64,000 nucleotides of DNA from an uncultured Rikenellaceae bacterium (GCA_964640125.1 CAZXGG010000009.1:6398-70397), one strand, 5' to 3'; shown: positions 1 through 8,916, numbered from the stretch's first letter. Program-made: numbers and translations. The notes: generated by a model not told the origin, from the letters alone.

Positions 1-1645
1 TCCGTATCCTGCTTCTTTTATTTTCCCAGTACCTTTTATCCCGGGCAATCTCCTGTAAATGGCGGTCAAACTTGATGTGATCCTCCCCTGCCTTTTCTGT
101 TGCTTCGGTTAGCACATCCTCAGGGAGCCCGATTTTTCTTGCGATTTCAAAGGCAAAGGAGCTACCTGGTCGTCCGATTTCCAGTTGGAAGAGCGGCTCC
201 ATTTTTTGCCTGTCAAACAGCATGGCTCCGTTTTCTATCCCCTGTTCGGATGCAGCGAAATGCTTCAGGTTGGTATAATGGGTTGTTATCACACCGTATG
301 TTCCTGTTTTGATCAATTTGCCAAGCATGCTTTCTGCAATTGCTCCTCCAAGCATGGGTTCAGTTCCGGTTCCAAACTCATCGATTAGGATCAAGGTACC
401 GGGATTGGCATTCTTCAGGTAATACTTCATATTGACAAGGTGGGAGCTGTATGTGCTCAGGTCATTCTCGATCGATTGCTCGTCCCCGATCTCAATAAAC
501 AGTTGGGTAAAAAGCCCGAATTCCGAATCTTCAAGGACCGGAACCAGCATTCCCGACTGAAGCATGTATTGCAGAAGGCCAACGGTCTGCAGGCAAACGG
601 ATTTACCACCTGCATTGGGTCCCGAGATCAGTAATATCCTGGTTACATCGTTCAGGAAGATATCCAGAGGAACAACCTCCTTTTCCTCCGGTTTTTCGGT
701 TCGGAATAAAAGTGGATGGATGGCACGTTTCCAGTTTAGCGCAGGTTCTCGGCCAAAAGCAGGCAGTACAGCATTTAATTTACGTGCAACCAGTGCTTTT
801 GCCCTGGTAAAATCGATTTGCCCCAGGAATTCATAGGACCTGAAGAGATCCTCAGTATAGGGTCGGATATCATTGGTTAGGGATAACAGGATCCGGATGA
901 TCTCTCTCTTCTCTGCATATCCAAGCTCCCGGATCTCATTATTCAATTCCACGATCTCCGACGGTTCAATGTATGCGGTCCTGCCGCTGGCAGACTCATC
1001 GTGCACAAGCCCTGAAATGCGTCGCTTATTTGATGAATTCACCGGGATAACCGTCCTGCCATCCCGAACAGCCAGGTTTACTCCACGCTCAACAATACCA
1101 TCTGAAATCGCCTGCTTGAGAATCTGATTCAGACGGGCAGATGCCTGTTTTTCTTTTTCACGCAAAGCCCTGCGTATCGACGCCAGTTCCTGTGATGCTT
1201 TATCCTTCACCTCCCCCTTATTATTCAGTATTTTATCGATTGAATCCAGGACAAACGGATAGATCACAATATCACGACTTAACCCTTTGAGAGCCGGATA
1301 ATCATGATCCTCTTTCGACAGGAAAGCCAGGATGGAGCGGATCGTGCCCTGTGATTTCCGTATCTGCAAAAACTCCCCTGCCTCAAGGTATGATCCCTCA
1401 ACCCGGAGTTTCTTCAGCGAAGGTGTAACATCGAAAAAATGATCCAGGGGAAAATCCTGATCAAGCAAAAGGATCTTCCGGAACTCATCCGTTTGTTGGA
1501 GAAGGATGGTTATTTCATCTGTCGAGGTTGAGAAATGCATCTCTACAGTCAGTTTCCTTCCCAGGTCACACAGGCAGGTATCCAGGATCATTTTCCTGAT
1601 CCGGTCGAAACCGACCTTCTCTTCAAAGTTTTTTGGATAAAACAT
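1..1645 (-). CDS. mutS2: Endonuclease MutS2, N-terminal ~548 codons (3' end lies beyond the window start)
   Basis: Absent from the ORF track because it has no stop in the window. The reverse complement from ATG at 1645-1643 reads MFYPKNFEEKVGFDRIRKMILDTCLCDLGRK... and stays open to base 1. An in-frame Walker A, LLISGPNAGGKSVCLQTVG, lies around 570-640. The plus-strand ORFs at 100-1127 are shadow ORFs. Confidence 0.85.
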   Translation of the reverse strand, partial: MFYPKNFEEKVGFDRIRKMILDTCLCDLGRKLTVEMHFSTSTDEITILLQQTDEFRKILLLDQDFPLDHFFDVTPSLKKLRVEGSYLEAGEFLQIRKSQGTIRSILAFLSKEDHDYPALKGLSRDIVIYPFVLDSIDKILNNKGEVKDKASQELASIRRALREKEKQASARLNQILKQAISDGIVERGVNLAVRDGRTVIPVNSSNKRRISGLVHDESASGRTAYIEPSEIVELNNEIRELGYAEKREIIRILLSLTNDIRPYTEDLFRSYEFLGQIDFTRAKALVARKLNAVLPAFGREPALNWKRAIHPLLFRTEKPEEKEVVPLDIFLNDVTRILLISGPNAGGKSVCLQTVGLLQYMLQSGMLVPVLEDSEFGLFTQLFIEIGDEQSIENDLSTYSSHLVNMKYYLKNANPGTLILIDEFGTGTEPMLGGAIAESMLGKLIKTGTYGVITTHYTNLKHFAASEQGIENGAMLFDRQKMEPLFQLEIGRPGSSFAFEIARKIGLPEDVLTEATEKAGEDHIKFDRHLQEIARDKRYWENKRSRIR

Positions 1646-1870
1646 AATCAAGGCAAAAGTACAAAGTAATACCGAAGGTATCCCTACGGGAAAAGTAAAA
1701 AGTAAATGAGACTATAATTTCAGGAGTAAATTTACGAACTGAAATCATAAAGTCGAATTTATCCCGCTGAAAAGCGGGATCTGAGTGAGACTCAAATTTC
1801 GTTTTTTGAAATTTGTTAGCTGAAACCATCCCGACATCTGCCAAGGTGGATCGTCGGAATCTACCTGAAA

Positions 1871-2103
1871 GGGTTATTGGGTTATTAAGGTGTCTATCGA
1901 ATAAAAAGCAGACTTTGAAGGAAAGAATACAATGAATAGTGAAAATATGAAATGCAACACCGAAGAATTTCCAGGTAAACCGCTATGTACTCAATAATCC
2001 CGAAAATTAGAAGATCAATGATCTTTGTTGATTTTCGAGGATCCTCGAGAATCATTCCCCATTGGGGTGATTCTCGGGACTTAATAACCACTAACCCAAT
2101 AAC
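1871..2103. repeat. MITE-like non-coding element (~233 bp) with imperfect inverted termini
   Basis: The left end, gggttattgggttattaagg (1871-1890), is the reverse complement of cttaataacc-caataaccc. That matches the right end, cttaataacc[actaacc]caataac (2080-2103), apart from a 7-nt indel. The right-end 23-mer recurs exactly at 13456-13478. The interior is AT-rich word-like sequence with several hairpins. Confidence 0.3.
2046..2076 (-). terminator. Stem-loop about 30 nt downstream of the TPR-SpoIIE stop codon (possible terminator)
   Basis: cgagaatca (2046-2054) pairs with tgattctcg (2068-2076), and cccc (2057-2060) pairs with gggg (2064-2067). No clear U-tract follows on the minus strand, so confidence is low. 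Confidence 0.3.
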
Positions 2104-2106
2104 AAT

Positions 2107-4590
2107 TCACACCTTAAACCCCACCACCAGGACATCATCGACCTGTGATTCATTCCCCATCCAGTCAACGAATGTTTTTTCAAGGATCTCTTTTTGGTGG
2201 TCAAACGGTTCCTGATGGATGGAAAAGAGCAGTTCCCTGAAGGGTTTGCTCATGAATTTCTTTTTCTCTTCTCCTCCAAATTGGTCTGCATAGCCATCCG
2301 AGTACATGTAGAAAACCTTTTCGGTTTTCAGGTCAAATTCGTGTTTGGAAAATATTTTTCCCTGCAAATCCTCATCTTCGATACCACCGATCGGCATTTT
2401 ATCTGCAAGGATGCGATGCATTTCTCCATCCTCTATATAAAGCAGGGGGTTCTTTGCCCCGGCATATTCCAGTATGTTTTTTCCCTTGTCGATCACACAC
2501 AATGCCATATCCATTCCGTCCCGGTTCTGATTTTCCTGCTGTTTCAGGGCTTTTGAAACTCCTTTATGGAGGTCAATCAGGATCTGATCTGCTGCTGTGA
2601 TCTTCCGGGCATCCACAATTTCATTCAACAGGTCATGGCCCATCATGCTGACAAATCCTCCGGGGACTCCATGGCCGGTACAATCAACGGCAGCAATGAC
2701 GATTTTTCCATTGACTTCATTAAACCAGTAAAAGTCTCCGCTGACGATATCCCGTGGCCGGTAAAAAATAAACAGGTTTGGAATTGCATTTTTTATCACC
2801 TCCATGCGTGGCAACATCGCATCCTGTATTCCTTTTGCATAATTGATGCTGTCGGTGATGTGTTTATTTTTGATCTCGATCTCAACTTTTTGTTCCTCGA
2901 TCTGGTTTTTCTGCTCTTCCAGGAGAATATTTTTCTGGTTCAGCAGTTCATTGGCTTTTTTCTTTGTCCGGTATCTGCTATAAAAAACCACCACCAGGAT
3001 AAGGACAAGCCCTGAGATGACGATAAATGAGTTTTTCTGATTTCGGCTCTTGATGAGGTTAAGTGTTTGTATTTCGTTCTCTTTCCGGAGCAAGGCATTT
3101 TCCTGTTCTTTTTTCTCCGTGTCGTACATGGTTTGCCACTGGGTAATTGCCTTCTGGTTCTCTTCCGTAAACACACTGTCCCTGTAAAAGGCTGATATCT
3201 TAAAGGATTCCAGGGCATTCCTGTAATCTCCCCTGGCAGCATAAAATTCCGACAATATCCGGTAAACGATTCGAAGCAGATCCTTGTCGTTTATCTCCTT
3301 TGCCATGTCGAGGCTTTGATTCAGGCAATTCAGTGCTTCAGTATAGTGCCCGTACTTCTGGTGAACGAATCCAATCGTTTTCATGGTATTTGCAATCCCC
3401 ATTGTATCCCCGATCTCCTGTTTCAACTCCAGTGCCTGCATATAATATTCAATTGCCCCCTGGTAATCATTCAGCCCTTTGTCATAGATATCCCCGATTT
3501 TTTTCATGGCGGAACTGATTCCCTGAAGATTGTTGAGTGACTGTTCAATGTTCAGGGCTGCCTGGTAAAACCCGATGGCATCGGGATAATTTTCGGTAAC
3601 TTCATGAATATAACCGATCTCGAGGTAACAGAACGCGACTCCTTCCTGGTCCTGGAGCCGGGTATAATTCCCCAGTGATAAACCGAAGTAATCTTTTGCC
3701 ATGTCGTAGTTGTGCATCGCTTTATAGACCGTTCCGATGTTGAACTGGGCCTGTGCAGTCCCGCGCAGATCAGCAATCTCCTCATATATTCTCAGGGCTT
3801 CCAGGTAGTTTTCCTGAGCTCCCCCGTAATCTGATTTCCGTTCAAAAATATTGCCAAGGGCATTGTAAGCTTTTGCGGTACCCTGCTTATCATTCACCTC
3901 TTCGGAAAGTTGGAGTGATTGTTTAAAATTTTCCTCAGCTCTCGCATAATCTCCCCTGTTGCTATAGATTTCTCCAATATTCAAAAGGGCATTGGCGATC
4001 CCTTCCTTGTTGTTGATCTCTTCATTCAACTGTAAGGACCGGTTGAAGTGATCCAGGGCTTCTGAGGATTTCCCCATATCGCTTAATACAACCCCTATGA
4101 TATTTAACGACGAGGCAATATTCTCCTTATCCCCCGACAGGCTGTCAATTTCAAATGATTGCCTGAAATAACCCAGTGCTCGTTCAAAATCATTCTGACT
4201 GCGGTAGATAATTCCGATGTTATACAAACAGGCTGAAATCCCTTCCTGGTAGTCAATCTCCCTTGCCAGGTCCAACCCTTCCTGATAGAATTCAAGCGCT
4301 TGCTGATCATCATACAGGTTTGACCAGGCTGATCCCTTCTCCTTAAGAGCCAGTACTTCCGACTGAGGATCATCCAGTTTCCTGGAAAGGGTTATAATTT
4401 GATCCGCATATTCGATATTTTGCTCATTATCATAAGGGTGGTTCTTAATCCATTCATACAGGATATCGATCTTCTCCTTATCGGGAACCACCTTCAGGGT
4501 ATCTTCCAATGATCTTTCCTGTCCCGTGGATGGAGAGATAAAAGCCAGATGAATAGCTACAACCAGAAAGTATAAAAGAAATCGCTTCAT
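2107..4590 (-). CDS. Sensor protein phosphatase: signal peptide, extracytoplasmic TPR array, one TM helix, cytoplasmic SpoIIE/PP2C domain
   Basis: 827-aa ORF. It has the signal-like segment MKRFLLYFLVVAIHLAFISPSTGQ and about 10 TPR repeats with the recurring NIGxxYxxxGxYxxAxxxFxxSL pattern. A TM helix (FIVISGLVLILVVVFYS) and a coiled coil follow. SpoIIE motifs are RPRDIVSGDFYWF, AAVDCTGHGVPGGFVSMMG and YSDGYADQFGG. Confidence 0.9.
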   Translation of the reverse strand: MKRFLLYFLVVAIHLAFISPSTGQERSLEDTLKVVPDKEKIDILYEWIKNHPYDNEQNIEYADQIITLSRKLDDPQSEVLALKEKGSAWSNLYDDQQALEFYQEGLDLAREIDYQEGISACLYNIGIIYRSQNDFERALGYFRQSFEIDSLSGDKENIASSLNIIGVVLSDMGKSSEALDHFNRSLQLNEEINNKEGIANALLNIGEIYSNRGDYARAEENFKQSLQLSEEVNDKQGTAKAYNALGNIFERKSDYGGAQENYLEALRIYEEIADLRGTAQAQFNIGTVYKAMHNYDMAKDYFGLSLGNYTRLQDQEGVAFCYLEIGYIHEVTENYPDAIGFYQAALNIEQSLNNLQGISSAMKKIGDIYDKGLNDYQGAIEYYMQALELKQEIGDTMGIANTMKTIGFVHQKYGHYTEALNCLNQSLDMAKEINDKDLLRIVYRILSEFYAARGDYRNALESFKISAFYRDSVFTEENQKAITQWQTMYDTEKKEQENALLRKENEIQTLNLIKSRNQKNSFIVISGLVLILVVVFYSRYRTKKKANELLNQKNILLEEQKNQIEEQKVEIEIKNKHITDSINYAKGIQDAMLPRMEVIKNAIPNLFIFYRPRDIVSGDFYWFNEVNGKIVIAAVDCTGHGVPGGFVSMMGHDLLNEIVDARKITAADQILIDLHKGVSKALKQQENQNRDGMDMALCVIDKGKNILEYAGAKNPLLYIEDGEMHRILADKMPIGGIEDEDLQGKIFSKHEFDLKTEKVFYMYSDGYADQFGGEEKKKFMSKPFRELLFSIHQEPFDHQKEILEKTFVDWMGNESQVDDVLVVGFKV

Positions 4591-4751
4591 TCGTTACCGT
4601 TACCGGGTATATACGATCAAAAATAGTAAACAAATCCCAATTATGTTTAAAAAAGTGCCCATTCGTTACAAATCACAATAAATAAAATTGTACATTAGAT
4701 TTCAAACAGGAGAGTAGCAAAATCACATAACACGCGGTATTTCACCCATCT
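4591..4751. promoter_or_regulatory. 161-bp divergent control region between the TPR-SpoIIE gene and the CHASE2-CHAT operon
   Basis: AT-rich gap between two divergently oriented start codons. It contains a tandem cgttac-cgttac, a third gttac, and two aaatcaca words. No clean TAnnTTTG box was found by eye. Confidence 0.4.
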
Positions 4752-5945
4752 ATGGTAAATTTTCAACTCATCCTTCGGAGTATATTTCGGACAATCCCAC
4801 TGAGGTTTATTGGTGAGGTGCTCCTTTTGGGATTAATCATCCTGTTTGTGGAATTTCGTATCACTGAGAAAAAAACCATCGACTGGCGGCAAATATACAG
4901 TGACCATAAGCGGGAAAAGACGATCGACCCGGACATTGTAATCGTTAAAATTGACGATTATGCCTTCCGCTCCATTGCGGGCGGAGAAGTAAGCCGTGAA
5001 TATATAGCCACGCTGGTGAATGAAATAAAAAGCTATTCACCCAGGGTGATCGGTCTGGATTTTCTGTTCACGGCACACTTTAGCGATAAGTATGACCAGA
5101 TACTATATGAAGTGAAGAAAATTGATCCGGAATATGCAGATCCTGACCAGAAGCTGATGCAGGCAATCCAGTCAGAGATACCGGTTGTACTGGGCGCAAA
5201 TCTCATCCTGAATGATAAAGAGAAAGTGCGTCTGATCCAACCCATTGACTCGTTTTTACAGGAGAATGTTACTGTCGGGGTTACCAAAGTCAACCTGGAT
5301 AAGGACGATGTTTGCAGGGAAGTATACCTGTATAAAAAGATAGCCGGCTCAGATGTACCTGCCTTCTCCACCCGGATCTGCCAGTCAGCAGGATCAGATA
5401 TTGCAGTGGAATATGACCCGGAGGTGATTCGTTACTTCACGCCATCCAAAACCTTTGCATCTTTCTCAAGCAAGGATATCCTGGATGGAAAGTTTCGTCA
5501 GGTTTCCGAAAACTGGTTCAGGGACAAGATCATCCTGGTGGGAGTTACCTATTCCGGCAGTAACGATTTTTTCAAAACACCATTGACCGGAATACTCAGA
5601 AACCAGGAGGAGCTGCCGGGTATCTTTATTCATGCGATGGTCATTAAGAATATTTTAAATCAGCAGTTTATCCCCGATCAAAAAAGGTTTTATAACCTCA
5701 TTGCTTTGTTCCTGACCATCATTATCCTGATAGAGGGAATAATCCTGAACAGGAAAACCATACCAACGCTTGCTTTTATGCTGACGGGGATACTTCATAT
5801 TCTGCTCTGTTTCCGGTTGTTCCTGAATAATGGGATGAATATACCTTTCCTGGTCCCCTTACTGATAATAGCCATCGGGTTGCTATGCCTGTTTTTCATC
5901 AGCAGGATCAGGAATGACTATACAAATGAACAAATAACATCATAA
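4752..5945 (+). CDS. CHASE2 domain membrane protein with no output domain
   Basis: 397 aa. It has an N-terminal TM segment (GEVLLLGLIILFV). CHASE2 hallmarks are DIVIVKIDDYAF...PRVIGLDFLF and ILVGVTYSGSNDFFKTPL...LPGIFIHAMVIKNIL. Three C-terminal TM helices follow, and the protein then ends. Confidence 0.8.
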   Translation: MVNFQLILRSIFRTIPLRFIGEVLLLGLIILFVEFRITEKKTIDWRQIYSDHKREKTIDPDIVIVKIDDYAFRSIAGGEVSREYIATLVNEIKSYSPRVIGLDFLFTAHFSDKYDQILYEVKKIDPEYADPDQKLMQAIQSEIPVVLGANLILNDKEKVRLIQPIDSFLQENVTVGVTKVNLDKDDVCREVYLYKKIAGSDVPAFSTRICQSAGSDIAVEYDPEVIRYFTPSKTFASFSSKDILDGKFRQVSENWFRDKIILVGVTYSGSNDFFKTPLTGILRNQEELPGIFIHAMVIKNILNQQFIPDQKRFYNLIALFLTIIILIEGIILNRKTIPTLAFMLTGILHILLCFRLFLNNGMNIPFLVPLLIIAIGLLCLFFISRIRNDYTNEQITS

Positions 5946-5965
5946 ATAACTTAAAACAAAACGAC

Positions 5966-6805
5966 ATGAGAAGAATTGGATTGTATTGTATGCTTTTACT
6001 GGTTTCTTTGGCCAGTATGGGACAGGGCAGCAAGGATTATGTAGCCATGCTGTTTTCATTGGATGGTGAAGGAGTGTACACCCGGGACGGGAAATCGGAG
6101 AACCTGATGGTTCCACAGAACTTCCTGAAAGGAGATAAGATCCTGCTTTCATCAGGAACAGCCACCCTGATGCTGTTTTCAGGGGATGAGGTGAACCTGA
6201 AAGCAAACGAAGAATATACCGTTTCCGGTTCAACAGGCACAGGCGCAGAATCGGAAAAAAATTCAACCTTTCAATCGGTCTCCGAATTGATTGATGAGGA
6301 TCACGAGCGGATATCCCAGCGGAATGCTGCCTATAAGGTCAGGGGTGCTTTCTCTGCAGTCAAAGCGTTTCCTTCACTCTCCGGTTTGATTGACGGCAGC
6401 TATGCCGAAGTTGTTCTGAATGTTGATGTGAATGCCGGCTTCCAGCTTTCCCTGGAAGTGTATGACCAGGCAACCGATGAAGTGGTCTGGAAATTGGATC
6501 GGATCACGGCCAAGGAAGTGTCTCTGAAGGATGTGGATTTTGTGCCCGGTGAAAGCTACTACTGGAGCCTGAGAGCAAGAGATGTTCTTGATATCGGGAT
6601 CATTAATGTATGGAATGATGAAAAGAAATCTGAACTAAAAAAGTTCGCATACAACGAAAAGATCGATTACCTGACCGCCTATAATTACTATAAGGAACAG
6701 GAACTGATGTATGATGCCCGGCATGTATTGAAACTGGCGATCCGGAAATATCCTGAAAGCGACCTGTTTGAATACCTGCTGGAAAACCTGGAGATACCCG
6801 ATTAA
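5966..6805 (+). CDS. Secreted FecR-like / DUF928-like protein
   Basis: 279 aa with signal peptide MRRIGLYCMLLLVSLASMGQG. There is a FecR-type segment, LKGDKILLSSGTATLMLFSGDEVNLKANEEYTV. The C-terminal half (FVPGESYYWSLRA, GIINVWNDE, YNYYKEQELMYDARHVLKLAIRKYPESDLFEYLL) resembles the DUF928 consensus as I recall it. This needs HMM confirmation. Confidence 0.55.
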   Translation: MRRIGLYCMLLLVSLASMGQGSKDYVAMLFSLDGEGVYTRDGKSENLMVPQNFLKGDKILLSSGTATLMLFSGDEVNLKANEEYTVSGSTGTGAESEKNSTFQSVSELIDEDHERISQRNAAYKVRGAFSAVKAFPSLSGLIDGSYAEVVLNVDVNAGFQLSLEVYDQATDEVVWKLDRITAKEVSLKDVDFVPGESYYWSLRARDVLDIGIINVWNDEKKSELKKFAYNEKIDYLTAYNYYKEQELMYDARHVLKLAIRKYPESDLFEYLLENLEIPD

Positions 6806-6848
6806 AACCCGGCCGGGAACTGAAAGTGAACCATTCAACAGACAAAAC

Positions 6849-7835
6849 ATGAAATGGAGATTCATTTTTATTCCAGCTCTGATACTGGTTTGTATCCTGT
6901 TACCCATGTGTGAGGAGGGGGATGTTATCGATCCGGAAAAGGTGGATGTATGGACCAACTATACACCCCAGAATGGCATGATTGACAATGAGATCTGGTC
7001 GATTACCGAGGATCTGTATGGAAACATCTGGGTAGGGACCGGTACCGGACTTTATCGGTTTGATGGCAATAAATGGGATCAGGTCGGTCAGGAAGCCTAT
7101 GTAGAGGGATATCCGATATATGCTGTTGCAATGGATGGAGACGGGATCCTGTGGGTTGGATCGTACTATGGACTGGACGTCCTGGTCCAGGGTAACTGGC
7201 TCTGGATCGACAGCCTGTTCGGATACCCGTTTACTGCACGAAGCCTTTACAGGGATAAATTCGGGGATATGTGGATCGGTACTTATGGGAGTGAATTTAC
7301 TCCCGGTGGATTGTTCGCGTTCGATGGACAATATTTCTACAAGTACACGGATCCGTTTGAACAGCCCGGATTTAACAACATCTATTGCATTACCGGTGAC
7401 CAGGGGAGTAATATCTGGGTAGGTACCGATGCCGGCGCTGTAAAGATGACACAATCCGGTTATGAAGTACTCGATTCCACCAACGACCTCGTATTCGATG
7501 ATGTAACCGCCATTCTCCTGGATGGCTGGCAGGATACCTGGTTCGGCACATTCAGCGGAAACCAGGTTGGAAGGTTGCACGGCAACCAGATGGAATTTCT
7601 GAGCCTCTTTCACAATTATTCTATTTCCGGCGTGATAACCATGACGGAAGATCATGACCACAACATCTGGTTCGGAACCGGTGCAGGGTTAGTTAAATAC
7701 AACGGGACCACTATGGATGCCAATGTAAAAGCCGAACTGAGTAACGGACTGATCTCCTGCTCCCTTACCGACCAGAAAGGGAAAGTATGGTTCGGGACAT
7801 TGGAAAAGGGATTGTTTGTCTATACACCGAAATGA
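6849..7835 (+). CDS. Stand-alone two-component-regulator-propeller (Reg_prop) repeat lipoprotein
   Basis: The start is moved from 6768 to ATG 6849, giving MKWRFIFIPALILVCILLPMC followed by EEGD. Seven Reg_prop-like blades are visible: IWVGTGTGLYRFDG, LWVGSYYGLDVL, MWIGTYG, IWVGTDAGAVKM, TWFGTFSG, IWFGTGAGLVKYNG and VWFGTLEKGLFVY. There is no Y_Y_Y, kinase or HTH part. Confidence 0.8.
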   Translation: MKWRFIFIPALILVCILLPMCEEGDVIDPEKVDVWTNYTPQNGMIDNEIWSITEDLYGNIWVGTGTGLYRFDGNKWDQVGQEAYVEGYPIYAVAMDGDGILWVGSYYGLDVLVQGNWLWIDSLFGYPFTARSLYRDKFGDMWIGTYGSEFTPGGLFAFDGQYFYKYTDPFEQPGFNNIYCITGDQGSNIWVGTDAGAVKMTQSGYEVLDSTNDLVFDDVTAILLDGWQDTWFGTFSGNQVGRLHGNQMEFLSLFHNYSISGVITMTEDHDHNIWFGTGAGLVKYNGTTMDANVKAELSNGLISCSLTDQKGKVWFGTLEKGLFVYTPK

Positions 7836-7851
7836 CAATAACCCTGTGAAA

Positions 7852-8916
7852 ATGATTATAGCTCTTGCGATGAGAAGAAATATCCTTTTATTTATAATTG
7901 CCGGTTTAACTGCCCATTGCTGGAGTCAAACCGGTGGGAATACCGATATACTGACCGAACGGGTCGTAGATCGTCCGTTAACCCTTCACGCCGGGCAGCT
8001 GCAGATCAATCCCGGGTACCAGCTGTCCATCGGTAGCAGGAAATTCGATGCCGATGGAGATAAAATCAACCTGGCTAAGGAGGGGACTGCCATGGTTCAG
8101 CACCTCTATAATCTTGAAATCAAGTACGGTATCCTCGAATTTCTTGAGGTATCTGCTGCCCTGAACTACAGTAGCCTGGGAGTAAGGGAGAAACAGGTCT
8201 GGTATTTTCATGGGGCGGAAACCATGTATACTACGCAACTTACTGAATGTAAGGGATTATCCGATCTGTTCGTTGGACTGGCTCTGCGGCTGCCTTTTGA
8301 TATTGATCACTTCGGCTGGAGAGTCTCTGCCGGAGCTTCTCTCCCTGTCGCAAACTATAAACCGGAAAAACCAACACACTCATCCACAACGGTTGTGGAT
8401 TCGTTAGGTGTTTTCCAGCAGGTCCGGTTCCATTACAACGATAAAGCCGGTAACGGAACCATGATCTACCATTTTGGCACCGCTGCACAGTTTTTTACAG
8501 ACAATATGGCCATTACGGGATGGGCTGATTATTCCCTCTGCTTTAGTGAAGCTGAAACCCACTACTGGGAGAGCCGGTTGTATGAAGATGAATTTTCCTA
8601 CCAATCAGTTCCCTACAAGACAAAACCCGGCAATACCCTTTCCTATGTCCTTACCTTTGACTATCAGGCAATTGACTGGTTTGATGTTTTTGGCAGATTC
8701 AGCGGGATGATGTACCACGGTGGCTGGGATGAGGAAGAGGGAGTACGGATCGGGCATCCAGAAAAAAACATAATGGCTGTTGGATTCGGTTATGAAATAC
8801 AGGTTGCAAGGCACCTGCGCCTGTTTCAATCCATGGATATACCCATTTTAGGTAAGAACGAGCTGGCTCCGCTGGTAATCTATACGGGAGCAAGCTTTAA
8901 CTTCCTTACACGATAA
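7852..8916 (+). CDS. Putative outer-membrane beta-barrel (MetA-pathway/transporter-like), paralog 1
   Basis: The start is ATG 7852 (or 7870), with signal peptide ...LLFIIAGLTAHCWSQ. The sequence has an amphipathic beta-strand character and ends ...YTGASFNFLTR. It shares motifs with the next ORF: RPLTLHAG/EPATLRKG, FDADGDK/FDENGEK, LEIKYGI/LELGYGI and PILGKN/PVLGKN. Confidence 0.6.
   Translation: MIIALAMRRNILLFIIAGLTAHCWSQTGGNTDILTERVVDRPLTLHAGQLQINPGYQLSIGSRKFDADGDKINLAKEGTAMVQHLYNLEIKYGILEFLEVSAALNYSSLGVREKQVWYFHGAETMYTTQLTECKGLSDLFVGLALRLPFDIDHFGWRVSAGASLPVANYKPEKPTHSSTTVVDSLGVFQQVRFHYNDKAGNGTMIYHFGTAAQFFTDNMAITGWADYSLCFSEAETHYWESRLYEDEFSYQSVPYKTKPGNTLSYVLTFDYQAIDWFDVFGRFSGMMYHGGWDEEEGVRIGHPEKNIMAVGFGYEIQVARHLRLFQSMDIPILGKNELAPLVIYTGASFNFLTR

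Noticed and set aside
1623-2091. Two small minus-strand ORFs (73 and 65 aa) in the mutS2 to SpoIIE intergenic region.
   Set aside because: The first overlaps the mutS2 start codon region. Both run through word-like repeat and hairpin sequence. The translations are low-complexity.
6900-7661. 253-aa ORF antisense to the beta-propeller gene.
   Set aside because: It lies entirely inside, and opposite to, an ORF with seven clear Reg_prop repeats. Its translation has no recognisable motif. It is a shadow ORF of a repeat-rich gene.
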